From positions 564-64,563 of the forward strand of contig CAXTLS010000013.1 of assembly GCA_964245235.1 (NCBI GenBank): a stretch of 64,000 nucleotides of DNA, in the 5' to 3' direction. Below are positions 1 to 9,282 of the stretch, piece by piece (position 1 is the first letter of the stretch; each line of letters starts with the position of its first letter). Source of the stretch: an uncultured Acidobacteriaceae bacterium. Lineage in GTDB: Bacteria; Acidobacteriota; Terriglobia; Terriglobales; Acidobacteriaceae. A program made the translations under genes and the position numbers. The notes under the pieces are model-generated. The model was not told the origin of the DNA and did no database searches. It saw only the letters and a list, made by a program, of their open reading frames with translations.

Positions 1-16
1 ACCTAAACTGAAACTC

Positions 17-91
<75 letters not shown>

Positions 92-170
92 GCGTTACAT
101 TCAACCTTACAAGCCTACCAAAAACGAGCGGTTGACGCATGACGTTTTCCGGTGCGGCCTGATTCTACCT

Positions 171-365
171 TTACCTTGCGCGCATTCGTCCAAGGACGAC
201 GCGAAAGGCGAAGAAGCCTAGCAAAACAAGGCAGAGTGCACGGTACTTGCCTGGGTCCATCGTGAACCAGGCGGATGCTGCCAGGGCTGCCAGAACGGCG
301 AGCGCAACGATCATGCGTCCGGTGCCGGCGGGGCTGAAGTCCAACGTGTGCCTAACCTGCCTCAT
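171..365 (-). CDS. Small predicted membrane protein (64 aa from ATG 365, or 47 aa from ATG 314) inside the tRNA cluster
   Basis: Two hydrophobic segments (IVALAVLAALAASAWF; ALCLVLLGFFAF) and a basic C-terminus. The ORF-track start at 410 overlaps tRNA-Tyr, so the start was moved downstream. Confidence 0.6.
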   Translation of the reverse strand: MRQVRHTLDFSPAGTGRMIVALAVLAALAASAWFTMDPGKYRALCLVLLGFFAFRVVLGRMRAR

Positions 366-402
366 ACGACTTGTGCTGCAAAAATGGTGCACAACAAATG
401 AG

Positions 403-489
403 TGGTGCACAGGGGAGGATTCGAACCTCCGTAACTCGAAGAGTGGCAGATTTACAGTCTGCTGCCATTAACCGCTCGGCCACCTGTGC
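403..489 (-). tRNA. tRNA-Tyr (GTA)
   Basis: GCACAGGTGGCCGAGCGGTTAATGGCAGCAGA-CT-GTA-AA-TCTGC, long variable arm, GGTTCGAATCC, ends CTGTGCACCA. Confidence 0.97.
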
Positions 490-663
490 ACGTCTGCTGC
501 AGCTGCCTGAAACGCAGCCTGTACGTCGTCTGTCAAGCTCCCGCAGGCCGATTTGAACAGCGAATCGTGGCGGGTGAACTATGCGCTTGATGGAGTGGCA
601 GCAGGCCTGCGCGCCAGAACGGCGGCAGTACAACCAAATCCGTGTGTTGCGGCTGAGAAGAAC

Positions 664-739
664 TGGAGCTGGCGAAGGGACTTGAACCCCCGACCGCCTG
701 ATTACAAATCAGGAGCTCTACCAGCTGAGCTACGCCAGC
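664..739 (-). tRNA. tRNA-Thr (TGT)
   Basis: GCTGGCGTAGCTCAGCTGGTAGAGC-T-CCTGA-TT-TGT-AA-TCAGG...GGTTCAAGTCC...GCCAGCTCCA. Confidence 0.97.
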
Positions 740-1046
740 TCGAAACAGCCTTGCCTTACCCTCTGCAGACCGGACGTTGACACGTGCAGCCTTGTCCACG
801 CAGAGTGCGCCGCAAGATCAAACTTTAGCATAGCCGCGTTGACGCTGCAACGAAGATTGCCGATGCGGCTTCCCGGCCACTTTGACGGGCGATTGTACGA
901 CCAAAGCGTGCATCCATCTCTACAGATGCTGAACGCCTGCCAGCGATTCACATCTCACTGTTGGATTTGAGCTACGGGCGGAAGTATGGCGCCAGCGATG
1001 TTGAGGATGGAGCGGAGCCCGAGAGCTCCGGGAGGTTGGTTCGGGG

Positions 1047-2597
1047 ATGAAGAAGTCGGACACAGAGACGTTCGCGCGGTCTATCTCCGAGCAGAGTGCC
1101 GAGTCTGCGGGGTCAAGCGTGAGTGTGGGGATTCTGGTACAGGACCCTACAAATCGCCGGCTGATTGAGAGCGTCGCCTCGCAACTCGAGCTGACTCCGA
1201 CACTTCTCGACGAATCCTCCCTGAATGCCGGTCTGCTGCACCGGCTGGGTCTGATTATCGCCGATGAGAGCATTGCACGCAGGATTCGTTCCGTTCTGCA
1301 GGGCGGCGAGGAGCAGGCAGACCGGCTTAACCCGGCACTGATCGCTGTGCGGTCCAGAGATAGCGGCCCGCTGCCTGCGGTTGCGACTGGGGGCGAGCAG
1401 GAGTTTGAAGGCATCATCGTGCTGCCCCAAGAGCCGGCCGCGACCCTAGCGCAACTGAGTGTAATCCTGTACACGCATCGCGCTTTCGCTTGGCGGTACC
1501 AATCGGCGCTTGAGGAACTGCACCTGAACCGGCGTATCTTCCGCTCAGTCACCAACGGGATTACGGTGGCAGACGCAGGCCTTCCGGATATGCCGCTGGT
1601 GTACGTCAACCCGGCGTTTGAAGTGATGACGGGGTACAGCCTGGAGGAGGTCCAAGGCAGAAACTGTCGTTTTCTGCAGGGTGAAGATCGCCAGCAGCCT
1701 GGACTGGCTCTGATTCGCGAGGCCATCCGGACGCAGCGTGAAGTGGTAGTGGTGTTGAAGAATTACCGGAAAGATGGGACTGCCTTTTGGAATGAGCTAT
1801 CGGTTTCGCCGATTCGTAATCGCGAGGGAGAGCTGACTCATTACGTGGGCATCCAGATGGATGTGACGTCGCGGGTCGAGTTTGAGGCAGCACTGCGCGA
1901 GAGCGAAAAGCTGGCGGCGGTGGGGCGACTGGCAGCATCGATCGCACACGAGATCAATAATCCTCTGGAATCCGTCATGAACCTGCTTTATCTCGCCGAG
2001 CATTCAGACGAGATGAGCGAGATGAAAAAGTACATGGAGATGGCGGACAAGGAGCTGCAGCGGGTCGCGCTGATCACGTCGCAGTCGCTGCGGTTTTACA
2101 AGCAGTCAACGAGTCCGCAGGCGGTACGGCCGTCGGCGATTCTGGGGTCGGTACTGGAGCTCTACCAGGCGAAGCTGGACAGCGCACGCATTACAGTGGA
2201 GCGACGAGAGCGGGCGACGGAGCCAATTGTCTGCCTTGAGAGCGAGATCCGGCAGGTGCTGAGCAACCTGGTCCGCAACGCGATTGAGGCTATGCACGGA
2301 GTAGATGGCTGCCTGCGAATTCGGGTGCGAGAGGCGGTCGATCGGCACACTGGTGCGGGAGGCGTCGTGATGACGGTGGCGGACACAGGGAGCGGCATCA
2401 GCGCGGAGACTAAGAAGCATCTCGGACAAGCGTTTTACACAACCAAGGGCATGGGCGGTACAGGCCTGGGGCTGTGGGTGAGCAAGGAGATTGTAGAGCG
2501 GCACAAAGGATGGCTGCTGGTACGCAGCAGTCAGCGACCGGGAGATAGCTGGACTCTCTTCCAGCTGTTCCTGCCTTATGCGGGCGTTACTACGTAG
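1047..2597 (+). CDS. LOV-domain (blue-light/flavin) sensor histidine kinase with an N-terminal receiver-like domain
   Basis: GRNCRFLQG LOV signature plus NYRKDG..FWNEL and VGIQ..DVT; HisKA AHEINNPL; HATPase boxes NLVRNAIEA, DTGSGI, GTGLGL. Confidence 0.93.
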   Translation: MKKSDTETFARSISEQSAESAGSSVSVGILVQDPTNRRLIESVASQLELTPTLLDESSLNAGLLHRLGLIIADESIARRIRSVLQGGEEQADRLNPALIAVRSRDSGPLPAVATGGEQEFEGIIVLPQEPAATLAQLSVILYTHRAFAWRYQSALEELHLNRRIFRSVTNGITVADAGLPDMPLVYVNPAFEVMTGYSLEEVQGRNCRFLQGEDRQQPGLALIREAIRTQREVVVVLKNYRKDGTAFWNELSVSPIRNREGELTHYVGIQMDVTSRVEFEAALRESEKLAAVGRLAASIAHEINNPLESVMNLLYLAEHSDEMSEMKKYMEMADKELQRVALITSQSLRFYKQSTSPQAVRPSAILGSVLELYQAKLDSARITVERRERATEPIVCLESEIRQVLSNLVRNAIEAMHGVDGCLRIRVREAVDRHTGAGGVVMTVADTGSGISAETKKHLGQAFYTTKGMGGTGLGLWVSKEIVERHKGWLLVRSSQRPGDSWTLFQLFLPYAGVTT

Positions 2598-2701
2598 TAC
2601 CCGCGTACTGGATCGGCTATGCTGCTGATGAGGCTTTGTTGATTAGTCGATGAGCGATTACGCGGCCGGTAAGTTTGTTCATTGTGGCTCTGCGGGTGAC
2701 C

Positions 2702-3718
2702 GTGCGTAAGCCGACGCGCTACTCGATGCTGGTAGTGCTGGGCCTGGTTGCGGCGCTCGCAGGCGCTGTGGCGCTGCGGGCGAAGGCTCCCCCTGAAGCG
2801 GCGCGGCTGCTGCCTGAGTGCGATGCGATTGTCTATGCCAACCTGAAGCCACTGCGGGCGGCGACCCACTTTGACAAAACGACGGTGGCGCGCAGCCCGG
2901 ATTTTCAGCAGTTCATCGACGCGACCGGGATTGTGCCAGAGCGGGATCTGGATGCGATTGCCTTCGCGCTGCACCGCATGGATGATCCGCGAGGGCCAAA
3001 CGGGCCGGTGGCCTACTCCGAGGTCTTTGAGGGGCGGTTTGATGGGGGGCGGCTGGAGCGGTACCTTACCGGCATCGCTACGTCCGAGGAGAGCTATGCC
3101 GGGCACAAGATCTTCACAATCCCGGTTGGCGAGATTGCGGGTTCGCAGGGACGGCACCTGCGGGTGACGCAGCTTGGATATGACACGATTGCGGCGAGCA
3201 ATATGCCGACTACGGAGCAGATTCACGCGATGCTCGATCGCCATCGTGCGGCGGCTTTGCCATTCAGCGGCGCTTCCCTGCTCTCGGCGCGTTACAGCGA
3301 TGTGCCGGTGCTCTCGAGCGCGTGGGCAATCGGCCATGTGGGCCTGCCATTCTCAGATAGCGGGTCAATTACACTCTTTGGGCTGCGGCTGCCAGTGGGC
3401 GAGGACACGACGCTGGTGGCCAGTGTGCGCTACCTTGGAACGATCCGGCTGCGGATCGAGGAGCTCTCGTCGAGCCAGGCGGATGCGGCGCAGTCGACCG
3501 AGGCGCTCTCTGCTGTGCTGAACCTCTTCCGTTCCATCCAGCAGGTGCAGATGGACGCGCAGGTGCGGGCAGGAACGTCGGCGGCGCCGAATGCGGCGAT
3601 GCGCCAGATGGTGGATTCGATAAAGATCGGCCAGAGTAAGGACCGGACGGTGCTTACGGCGAACATACCGGTCGAGCTGTTACGTGAGCTGGCGGCGCCT
3701 GAGAAACAGGCACCATAG
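2702..3718 (+). CDS. Exported or membrane-anchored hypothetical protein
   Basis: Long ORF with an N-terminal basic-then-hydrophobic segment; start uncertain (2675, 2702 or 2726). Confidence 0.75.
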   Translation: MRKPTRYSMLVVLGLVAALAGAVALRAKAPPEAARLLPECDAIVYANLKPLRAATHFDKTTVARSPDFQQFIDATGIVPERDLDAIAFALHRMDDPRGPNGPVAYSEVFEGRFDGGRLERYLTGIATSEESYAGHKIFTIPVGEIAGSQGRHLRVTQLGYDTIAASNMPTTEQIHAMLDRHRAAALPFSGASLLSARYSDVPVLSSAWAIGHVGLPFSDSGSITLFGLRLPVGEDTTLVASVRYLGTIRLRIEELSSSQADAAQSTEALSAVLNLFRSIQQVQMDAQVRAGTSAAPNAAMRQMVDSIKIGQSKDRTVLTANIPVELLRELAAPEKQAP

Positions 3719-3742
3719 GCTTCGTTCGCCGCATCTGACTAG

Positions 3743-5125
3743 ATGTTTCTACCGGAGATGATTGCTATGACGCCAAGACGACGCCCAACTTCTGCACTCC
3801 TCGCCACGCTTCCACTGCTGCTGTTTTCTGTGCCGGCGATCCTGGCGCAGAATGCGACAACGATTACCGGGCAGGCGGCCTTCGCCGATTACTCACAGCA
3901 AAAGCCGGGTGTCTTTCGCAAGATTACGGTTGCCGACCTGCCGGAGCCTAAGGAGGACGAATCGGTCGATAACGGGCCGAGTCTTGTCCCGCGCCCGGAT
4001 GGCGCGATGCCGATAGCGCCGGCGGGCTTCAAAGTCCAGATGTATGCTGATGGCTTCACGGAGCCGCGGTTGATCCGGACAGCGCCGAACGGCGACCTGT
4101 TTATGGCGGACTCACACGGCGACAAAATCATTGTGATGCGCGGGGTGGGGCCGGACGGTAAGGCAGAGAAGATCTCCACCTTCGCATCAGGACTGAACCT
4201 GCCGTTCGGGATTGCGTTCTATCCTCTGGGGCCGAATCCCAAGTGGATTTACGTCGGGAATACAGACTCGGTGGTGCGCTTTGCTTATAAGTCGGGCGAC
4301 CTGGTAGCTAGCGGCGCGCCGGAGAAGATCGTGCCGCAGCTGCCGGGCTTCGCGCAGCTTCGGGGCGGCGGACACTGGACCCGCGATATTGTTTTCATGC
4401 CGGACGGAAAGCGCATGCTGGTGTCGGTCGGGTCGGGTTCGAATCTGGATGATCCTGACACGCACCCCAACGAGTTTCATCGGGCCGACGTGCTTGAATT
4501 TACGCCCGAAGGCAAGTTCTTGAAGGTGTATGCGAGCGGCATCCGCAACTGCGTCGGTGAGGCGATCAATCCAATCACCGGGCAACTGTGGTGCTCGACC
4601 AACGAGCGCGACCGGCTCGGCAACAATCTGGTTCCCGACTACATTACGAGCGTCAAAGAAGATGGCTTCTATGGCTGGCCGTGGTACTACATGGGCGAGC
4701 ACCAAGACCCGCGCCTCATGGGCAAGCATCCAGAGCTAAAGTCAAAAGTAATTACACCGGATGTATTGGTGCAGCCGCACATGGCTTCGCTGGAGATGAC
4801 CTTCTATCCCGACGCGGTCAACGGCCCGGATGCTTTCCCGAGTGAATACCACGGCGATGCCTTTGCAGCCGAGCATGGATCGTGGAATCGCGCGCGACGG
4901 GGCGGGTATGAAGTAATCCGTGTGCCGATGAAGGATGGACACGCAACGGGTGAGTATGAGGACTTCCTAACGGGGTTTGTTACGCCGGACGGTGGTGTCT
5001 GGGGCCGGCCGGTCGGTGTGACGGTGGCGAAGGACGGGTCACTGTTTGTGACGGATGATGGTTCGAAGATCGTCTGGCATGTGACCTACACGGGTGGTAG
5101 TACGGCGACGGCCAAGGGCGAGTAG
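3743..5125 (+). CDS. Glucose/sorbosone dehydrogenase family (PQQ-dependent sugar dehydrogenase-like beta-propeller), secreted
   Basis: Signal peptide; motifs GHWTR, SGIRN, NERD.LG, YGWP, HGSWNR, GRPVGV. Confidence 0.88.
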   Translation: MFLPEMIAMTPRRRPTSALLATLPLLLFSVPAILAQNATTITGQAAFADYSQQKPGVFRKITVADLPEPKEDESVDNGPSLVPRPDGAMPIAPAGFKVQMYADGFTEPRLIRTAPNGDLFMADSHGDKIIVMRGVGPDGKAEKISTFASGLNLPFGIAFYPLGPNPKWIYVGNTDSVVRFAYKSGDLVASGAPEKIVPQLPGFAQLRGGGHWTRDIVFMPDGKRMLVSVGSGSNLDDPDTHPNEFHRADVLEFTPEGKFLKVYASGIRNCVGEAINPITGQLWCSTNERDRLGNNLVPDYITSVKEDGFYGWPWYYMGEHQDPRLMGKHPELKSKVITPDVLVQPHMASLEMTFYPDAVNGPDAFPSEYHGDAFAAEHGSWNRARRGGYEVIRVPMKDGHATGEYEDFLTGFVTPDGGVWGRPVGVTVAKDGSLFVTDDGSKIVWHVTYTGGSTATAKGE

Positions 5126-5149
5126 ATCCTGTAACCAGTAGTCCTGCAC

Positions 5150-5192
5150 AACAATGCCCCGTCTGCGAATCGCGCAGGCGGGGCGTTGTTTC
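5150..5192. terminator. Hairpin between convergent genes, probably a bidirectional terminator
   Basis: AACAATGCCCCGTCTGCG pairs with CGCAGGCGGGGCGTTGTT. Confidence 0.7.
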
Positions 5193-5207
5193 GGTCGAGT
5201 AAGGTGC

Positions 5208-6224
5208 TTAGCTACCGCTGTGGTTTTCACCGCCTGCTTCAGCCAGTGTCATGCGCAGGAACTTGTGCGGGTTGATCGGGGTATTACCGATACGGACTTC
5301 GTAGTGAAGGTGTGCGCCAGTGGTGCGGCCACTGTGGCCGACATAGCCGATCACCTGCCCGCGACGAACGCTCTGGCCGCTCATGACAGCAAATCCGGAC
5401 ATGTGGCCGAAGAGGGTAGCTACACCGTGGCCGTGGTCGATGATGACCTCGCGGCCGTAGCCGTTGGCCATTTCGGCGGAACGAACAACACCGTCGGCGG
5501 TAGCGATGATTGGAGTACCATTCGGCGCGCCAATGTCAATACCCTTGTGGAACTCCCCTTCGCCGTTGCCGAGGACGGGGTCTTCACGCTGGCCGAAGCT
5601 GCTGGTAATGGGCCCGATGACGGGCCAGATGGAGGGGGCATCGGCGCCAGCGTCAAGATCGTTGAAACCGGAGATGCCGCCGAGGCCGGTTGCGGCGCCG
5701 ATGCTGCTTGAGAGGCCGCGAGTGGTCATGCCGCTCATGGCCGAGTTGCGCAGGGCGTAGAAGGAGTCAAGCGACTTGAAGTAACTCTCGTCGGTGAAGT
5801 TGGCGGTGGTGCCGGCCGAAGGGGGCGCGGTGATCGAGGCATCGACGGCCTTCGCGCCTTTTTTGTTGAAGCTGATGCGGCTCATGGGAACGGCGAGCTT
5901 GCTGGCGGTGAGGCCGTAGAGGACTGAGACTTCGCTGGCGAGCGAGCCAAGCGAGGCGGCCTGGACATCTTTCTCGTGCTCCTGCTTCTCGAGCGAAGCG
6001 TAATCCTTGCGAAGCGAATCGTGATCGCGCCGGAGATCGTTGAAACGAGAGGTTTTGATGAGCATACGGGAGTACGATCCAGCGAGGCCAACGATGCTAA
6101 AGAGTCCGATAGCAGCGACGGCAACGAAGACGTATGCGTAATAGAGCGGGACCGGAACCTTGCGAAGGCTGCCGTCAGTGTCGCGCGTAACGAAGAGTAT
6201 GTAATGGCGTTTTTTGAGACTCAA
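5208..6224 (-). CDS. M23 family metallopeptidase (murein endopeptidase) with an N-terminal membrane anchor and coiled coil
   Basis: HKGID (HxxxD) and HLHYEVR (HxH) motifs. Confidence 0.92.
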   Translation of the reverse strand: MSLKKRHYILFVTRDTDGSLRKVPVPLYYAYVFVAVAAIGLFSIVGLAGSYSRMLIKTSRFNDLRRDHDSLRKDYASLEKQEHEKDVQAASLGSLASEVSVLYGLTASKLAVPMSRISFNKKGAKAVDASITAPPSAGTTANFTDESYFKSLDSFYALRNSAMSGMTTRGLSSSIGAATGLGGISGFNDLDAGADAPSIWPVIGPITSSFGQREDPVLGNGEGEFHKGIDIGAPNGTPIIATADGVVRSAEMANGYGREVIIDHGHGVATLFGHMSGFAVMSGQSVRRGQVIGYVGHSGRTTGAHLHYEVRIGNTPINPHKFLRMTLAEAGGENHSGS

Positions 6225-6440
6225 GCGGAGACCTTAGCCCGGATTTGACCGCGAATTGCAGCGGCACGAGGACTAACGCTGACGCCGGACGATATAACAA
6301 ACACCAATCGTCATTCGGGATGCGCAAATCCCTTGGGTACTAGGTAAGGTTACCAAACCGTTCGCGGCCTTGCAACCGGGGTGGGCAGGTAGTAACCTCA
6401 GCGGTCCAGTCCAGAGTGGTAGCTGTATGCTCCTTCAAAG

Positions 6441-7439
6441 ATGAGGAAAGCTACCCGACAGCTGGGCGAGGTTGCGCTGATCGAGCGTATACGGAAGGAG
6501 TTTGCGGGCCACCCGAGTCGCGCGGTGCGGCTGGGCATCGGGGATGATTGCGCCATTCTGCGGCCACCCGCCGGTGCGGAATTGCTGGTTACGACGGACT
6601 TCAGCCTGGAGGGCAGGCATTTTCGGCGGGACTGGCACTCACCGGAGTCGGCGGGCCATCGCTGCCTGGCGCGCGGGCTTAGCGACCTGGCGGCGATGGG
6701 GGCTGCGCCGATAGCGGCGTTCCTCTCGCTGGCGCTACCTGCCGGGACGGCGCAGGGATGGACGGACGGATTTCTGCGAGGGCTGCGGGGGCTGGCGGAG
6801 CGGTATGCTGTTCCGCTGGCTGGCGGTGATACGGCCGAGGCTCCGGGGAAGTCGCTGCTGGCCGATATCGTGCTGATCGGGAGCGCGCCTGCGGGTCGGG
6901 CTTTGCGGAGGAACGGAGCGCGGGTTGGGGATGTCCTGTACATGACGGGAGCGCTTGGCGGAGCAGCGGCAGAACTGGCGTCGATCGAGGCGGGAGGCGG
7001 GCGGCGGGTGAGGGCGGGGACGTGGGAGCGGCATCCCCAGATGTTTCCTGAGCCACGGCTGGCGGTTGGACAAGCCCTGCTACGGAGGCGGCTGGCTACG
7101 GCATGCATGGATATAAGTGATGGGCTGTCGACCGACCTGGCGCACCTGTGTCGTGCTTCGCGGGTCGGTGCGAAGGTTAATGCGGCGGCGCTGCCGTTGC
7201 ATCCCCTTGCGGCGCGGCTGCCTGCGGGGCGTGCACTTGAGGCGGCGCTGCATGGGGGCGAGGATTACGAGTTGCTGTTTACGGCCGGGCCGGGGGTAAA
7301 GGTGCCACGGCGGATCGCGAATGTGGCAATTACGGCCGTCGGGAACATTGTTCGGGCGAGACTGGGTGTGACACTGGTGCGGGACGACGGCGGGCGCGAG
7401 CCGCTGCTGCCGGGCGGTTGGGAGCACTTCCGAAGTTGA
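6441..7439 (+). CDS. thiL: Thiamine-monophosphate kinase
   Basis: GIGDDCA, SDLAAMGA, GGDT, DISDGL, GGEDYELLFT, GWEHF motifs. Confidence 0.95.
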   Translation: MRKATRQLGEVALIERIRKEFAGHPSRAVRLGIGDDCAILRPPAGAELLVTTDFSLEGRHFRRDWHSPESAGHRCLARGLSDLAAMGAAPIAAFLSLALPAGTAQGWTDGFLRGLRGLAERYAVPLAGGDTAEAPGKSLLADIVLIGSAPAGRALRRNGARVGDVLYMTGALGGAAAELASIEAGGGRRVRAGTWERHPQMFPEPRLAVGQALLRRRLATACMDISDGLSTDLAHLCRASRVGAKVNAAALPLHPLAARLPAGRALEAALHGGEDYELLFTAGPGVKVPRRIANVAITAVGNIVRARLGVTLVRDDGGREPLLPGGWEHFRS

Positions 7440-7460
7440 GGCGACCTGAGAAGATAGGCT

Positions 7461-8576
7461 ATGCGCGATGAGACGAAGATTCTGCGGGCTACGCTGACTC
7501 CGATGAGGGCCGGGGAACCGCTGCATGCCGGGCCGGTATTTGCGGCGCCTTTTCATGCGCCGGGTGATCCGACAAACACGTATAGCTATGCGCGCTCGCA
7601 TAATCCAACGTGGACTGCGCTCGAAGGGGCGATCGGGCTGCTCGAGTCGGGGCCAGGACATGAGGCCGAGGTACGGGTCTTTGCCTCGGGCATGGCAGCG
7701 TGCGCGGCGGTCTTTGGCGCGGTGCTGCGACCAGGCGATGCGGTGGTGCTGCCGTCGAATGCGTACTTCATGGCACGGGCGCTGCTTGAGGAGTACTTCG
7801 TCGCCATGGGGGTGACGCTGCGGATGGCGCCGGCGGGTGAGGCGCAGGCGGGACTGCTCGCTGGGGCGCGGCTGCTGTGGCTGGAGACGCCGAGTAATCC
7901 GACCATGGAGATCTGCGACATCGCCGGGCTGTGCGAGCAGGCGCATGCGGCAGGGGTACTGGTGGCTGTCGATAATACGACGGCCACGCCGTTGGCACAG
8001 AAGCCACTCTCGCTCGGCGCGGACTTTTCAGTGGCTTCGGATGCAAAGTCGATGTCGGGCCACAGCGACCTGCTGCTCGGACACGTGGCGGTGAAGGATC
8101 GCGAGCTGCTGACGAAGATCGATCGCTGGCGGACGATGACGGGCGGGATCGTTGGGCCGATGGAGGCGTGGCTGGCGCTGCGATCGCTGGCGACGCTGCC
8201 GCTGCGACTGGAGCGATCATCGGCCAACGCACTGGCGATTGCGCGATTCCTGGCTGGACGGCGGGAGGTGACGAATGTGTTGTACCCAGGGCTGGCGACG
8301 CATCCGAGGCATGCTGTGGCGGCAGGGCAGATGCGGTACTTCGGGCCGGTGCTGTGCTTTACGCTGCGTGACCAAGCGACGGCGGAGCGGTTTCTTTCGC
8401 GGGCGAGGCTGGTGACGGAGGCGACGAGCTTCGGCGGGATCACGACGACGGCCGAGCGGCGGGCGCGATGGGGGTCGGATGCGGTAGCAGAGGGATTTAT
8501 CCGAATGAGCGCGGGATGCGAGGCGGCGATCGACCTGATCGAGGACATGGAGCAGGCGCTTGAGGCGATGGGCTGA
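7461..8576 (+). CDS. Cystathionine gamma-lyase/synthase family PLP enzyme
   Basis: Y.R..NPT, FASGMAA, ETPSNP, VDNT, S.AKSMSGHSD (PLP lysine), SFGG. Confidence 0.92.
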   Translation: MRDETKILRATLTPMRAGEPLHAGPVFAAPFHAPGDPTNTYSYARSHNPTWTALEGAIGLLESGPGHEAEVRVFASGMAACAAVFGAVLRPGDAVVLPSNAYFMARALLEEYFVAMGVTLRMAPAGEAQAGLLAGARLLWLETPSNPTMEICDIAGLCEQAHAAGVLVAVDNTTATPLAQKPLSLGADFSVASDAKSMSGHSDLLLGHVAVKDRELLTKIDRWRTMTGGIVGPMEAWLALRSLATLPLRLERSSANALAIARFLAGRREVTNVLYPGLATHPRHAVAAGQMRYFGPVLCFTLRDQATAERFLSRARLVTEATSFGGITTTAERRARWGSDAVAEGFIRMSAGCEAAIDLIEDMEQALEAMG

Positions 8577-9136
8577 TGGCGTTTCAGCAGAGCTGGACGG
8601 CGGAGGTGCTTGCCCGGCCGCCGATGATCGCGCCGGCACGGCAGTTTACCTATCCGCTGCAGATTGCCGGCGAAGAGGATGCGCTGGCGCGAGGGGCGTT
8701 GCTGCTGATGGTGCGGCCGCGGGCAGGAGGCAGCTTCCTGGCGACGTGTGCGCTGGGGTTTACGAGTGCGTCCATGCCGACCGGGGTATTTGCGTGCCCT
8801 GATCCGGATGAGTTGTGCGCGGTGGCGGGCGGGTATGCGTATGTGGTCAAGACGATGGCGCCGGAGCGCTGCACGCATATTGGATTGAAGCCGGTGGTCT
8901 CGGTCATCGCGGTCAAATCGCGGGGGTTGTTGCTCTTTGTGGGTTTCCACGCGATGGTGGCCTGGGGTGCTGACGGGCTGGCGTGGCAGAGCGGGAAGCT
9001 GAGCTGGGAAGGCGTGCGGGTGACGGAGGTCTCGGACGACGAAGTGGTCGGGTTCGGGTGGGACCTGATGACCGACCGCGAGGTGGAGTTCCGGGTGGAA
9101 CTGCGGACGGGCCAGCATCAAGGCGGGGTGCTGTAG
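8576..9136 (+). CDS. Hypothetical protein, translationally coupled to the upstream lyase
   Basis: TGATG stop/start overlap; 186-aa ORF. Confidence 0.75.
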   Translation: MAFQQSWTAEVLARPPMIAPARQFTYPLQIAGEEDALARGALLLMVRPRAGGSFLATCALGFTSASMPTGVFACPDPDELCAVAGGYAYVVKTMAPERCTHIGLKPVVSVIAVKSRGLLLFVGFHAMVAWGADGLAWQSGKLSWEGVRVTEVSDDEVVGFGWDLMTDREVEFRVELRTGQHQGGVL

Positions 9137-9189
9137 CTGGCCTTGCCTGGATAGCGGTTGCTCGCTAGGGACGGGTAAGGAATCAGGTA

Positions 9190-9219
9190 TTGACGACGGG
9201 GTTTGAATCGCCGTAGTGT
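9190..9219 (+). promoter_or_regulatory. Putative sigma70 promoter of the TonB-receptor operon
   Basis: TTGACG-N18-TAGTGT upstream of a GGAGG-preceded GTG at 9283. Confidence 0.45.
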
Positions 9220-9282
9220 TTCGTCTGCTTTTAGAACCTAGATGAATCAGCTTTGAGTCTGAAACCATCGTTGGAGGCTTCC

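Noticed and set aside
490-663. Long hairpin-forming spacer between tRNA-Tyr and tRNA-Thr
   Set aside because: No cloverleaf or T-loop consensus; structured spacers are ordinary in tRNA precursors.
915-928. CATCT-N4-AGATG palindrome here and at 3732-3745
   Set aside because: Only two copies; the second includes a start codon and overlaps the GCATCT motif already reported, so chance is likely.
6225-6440. Possible TPP riboswitch upstream of thiL
   Set aside because: Only a 7-bp AGGTTAC/GTAACCT stem is present; the conserved TPP core (CTGAGA, ACCTG) is missing.
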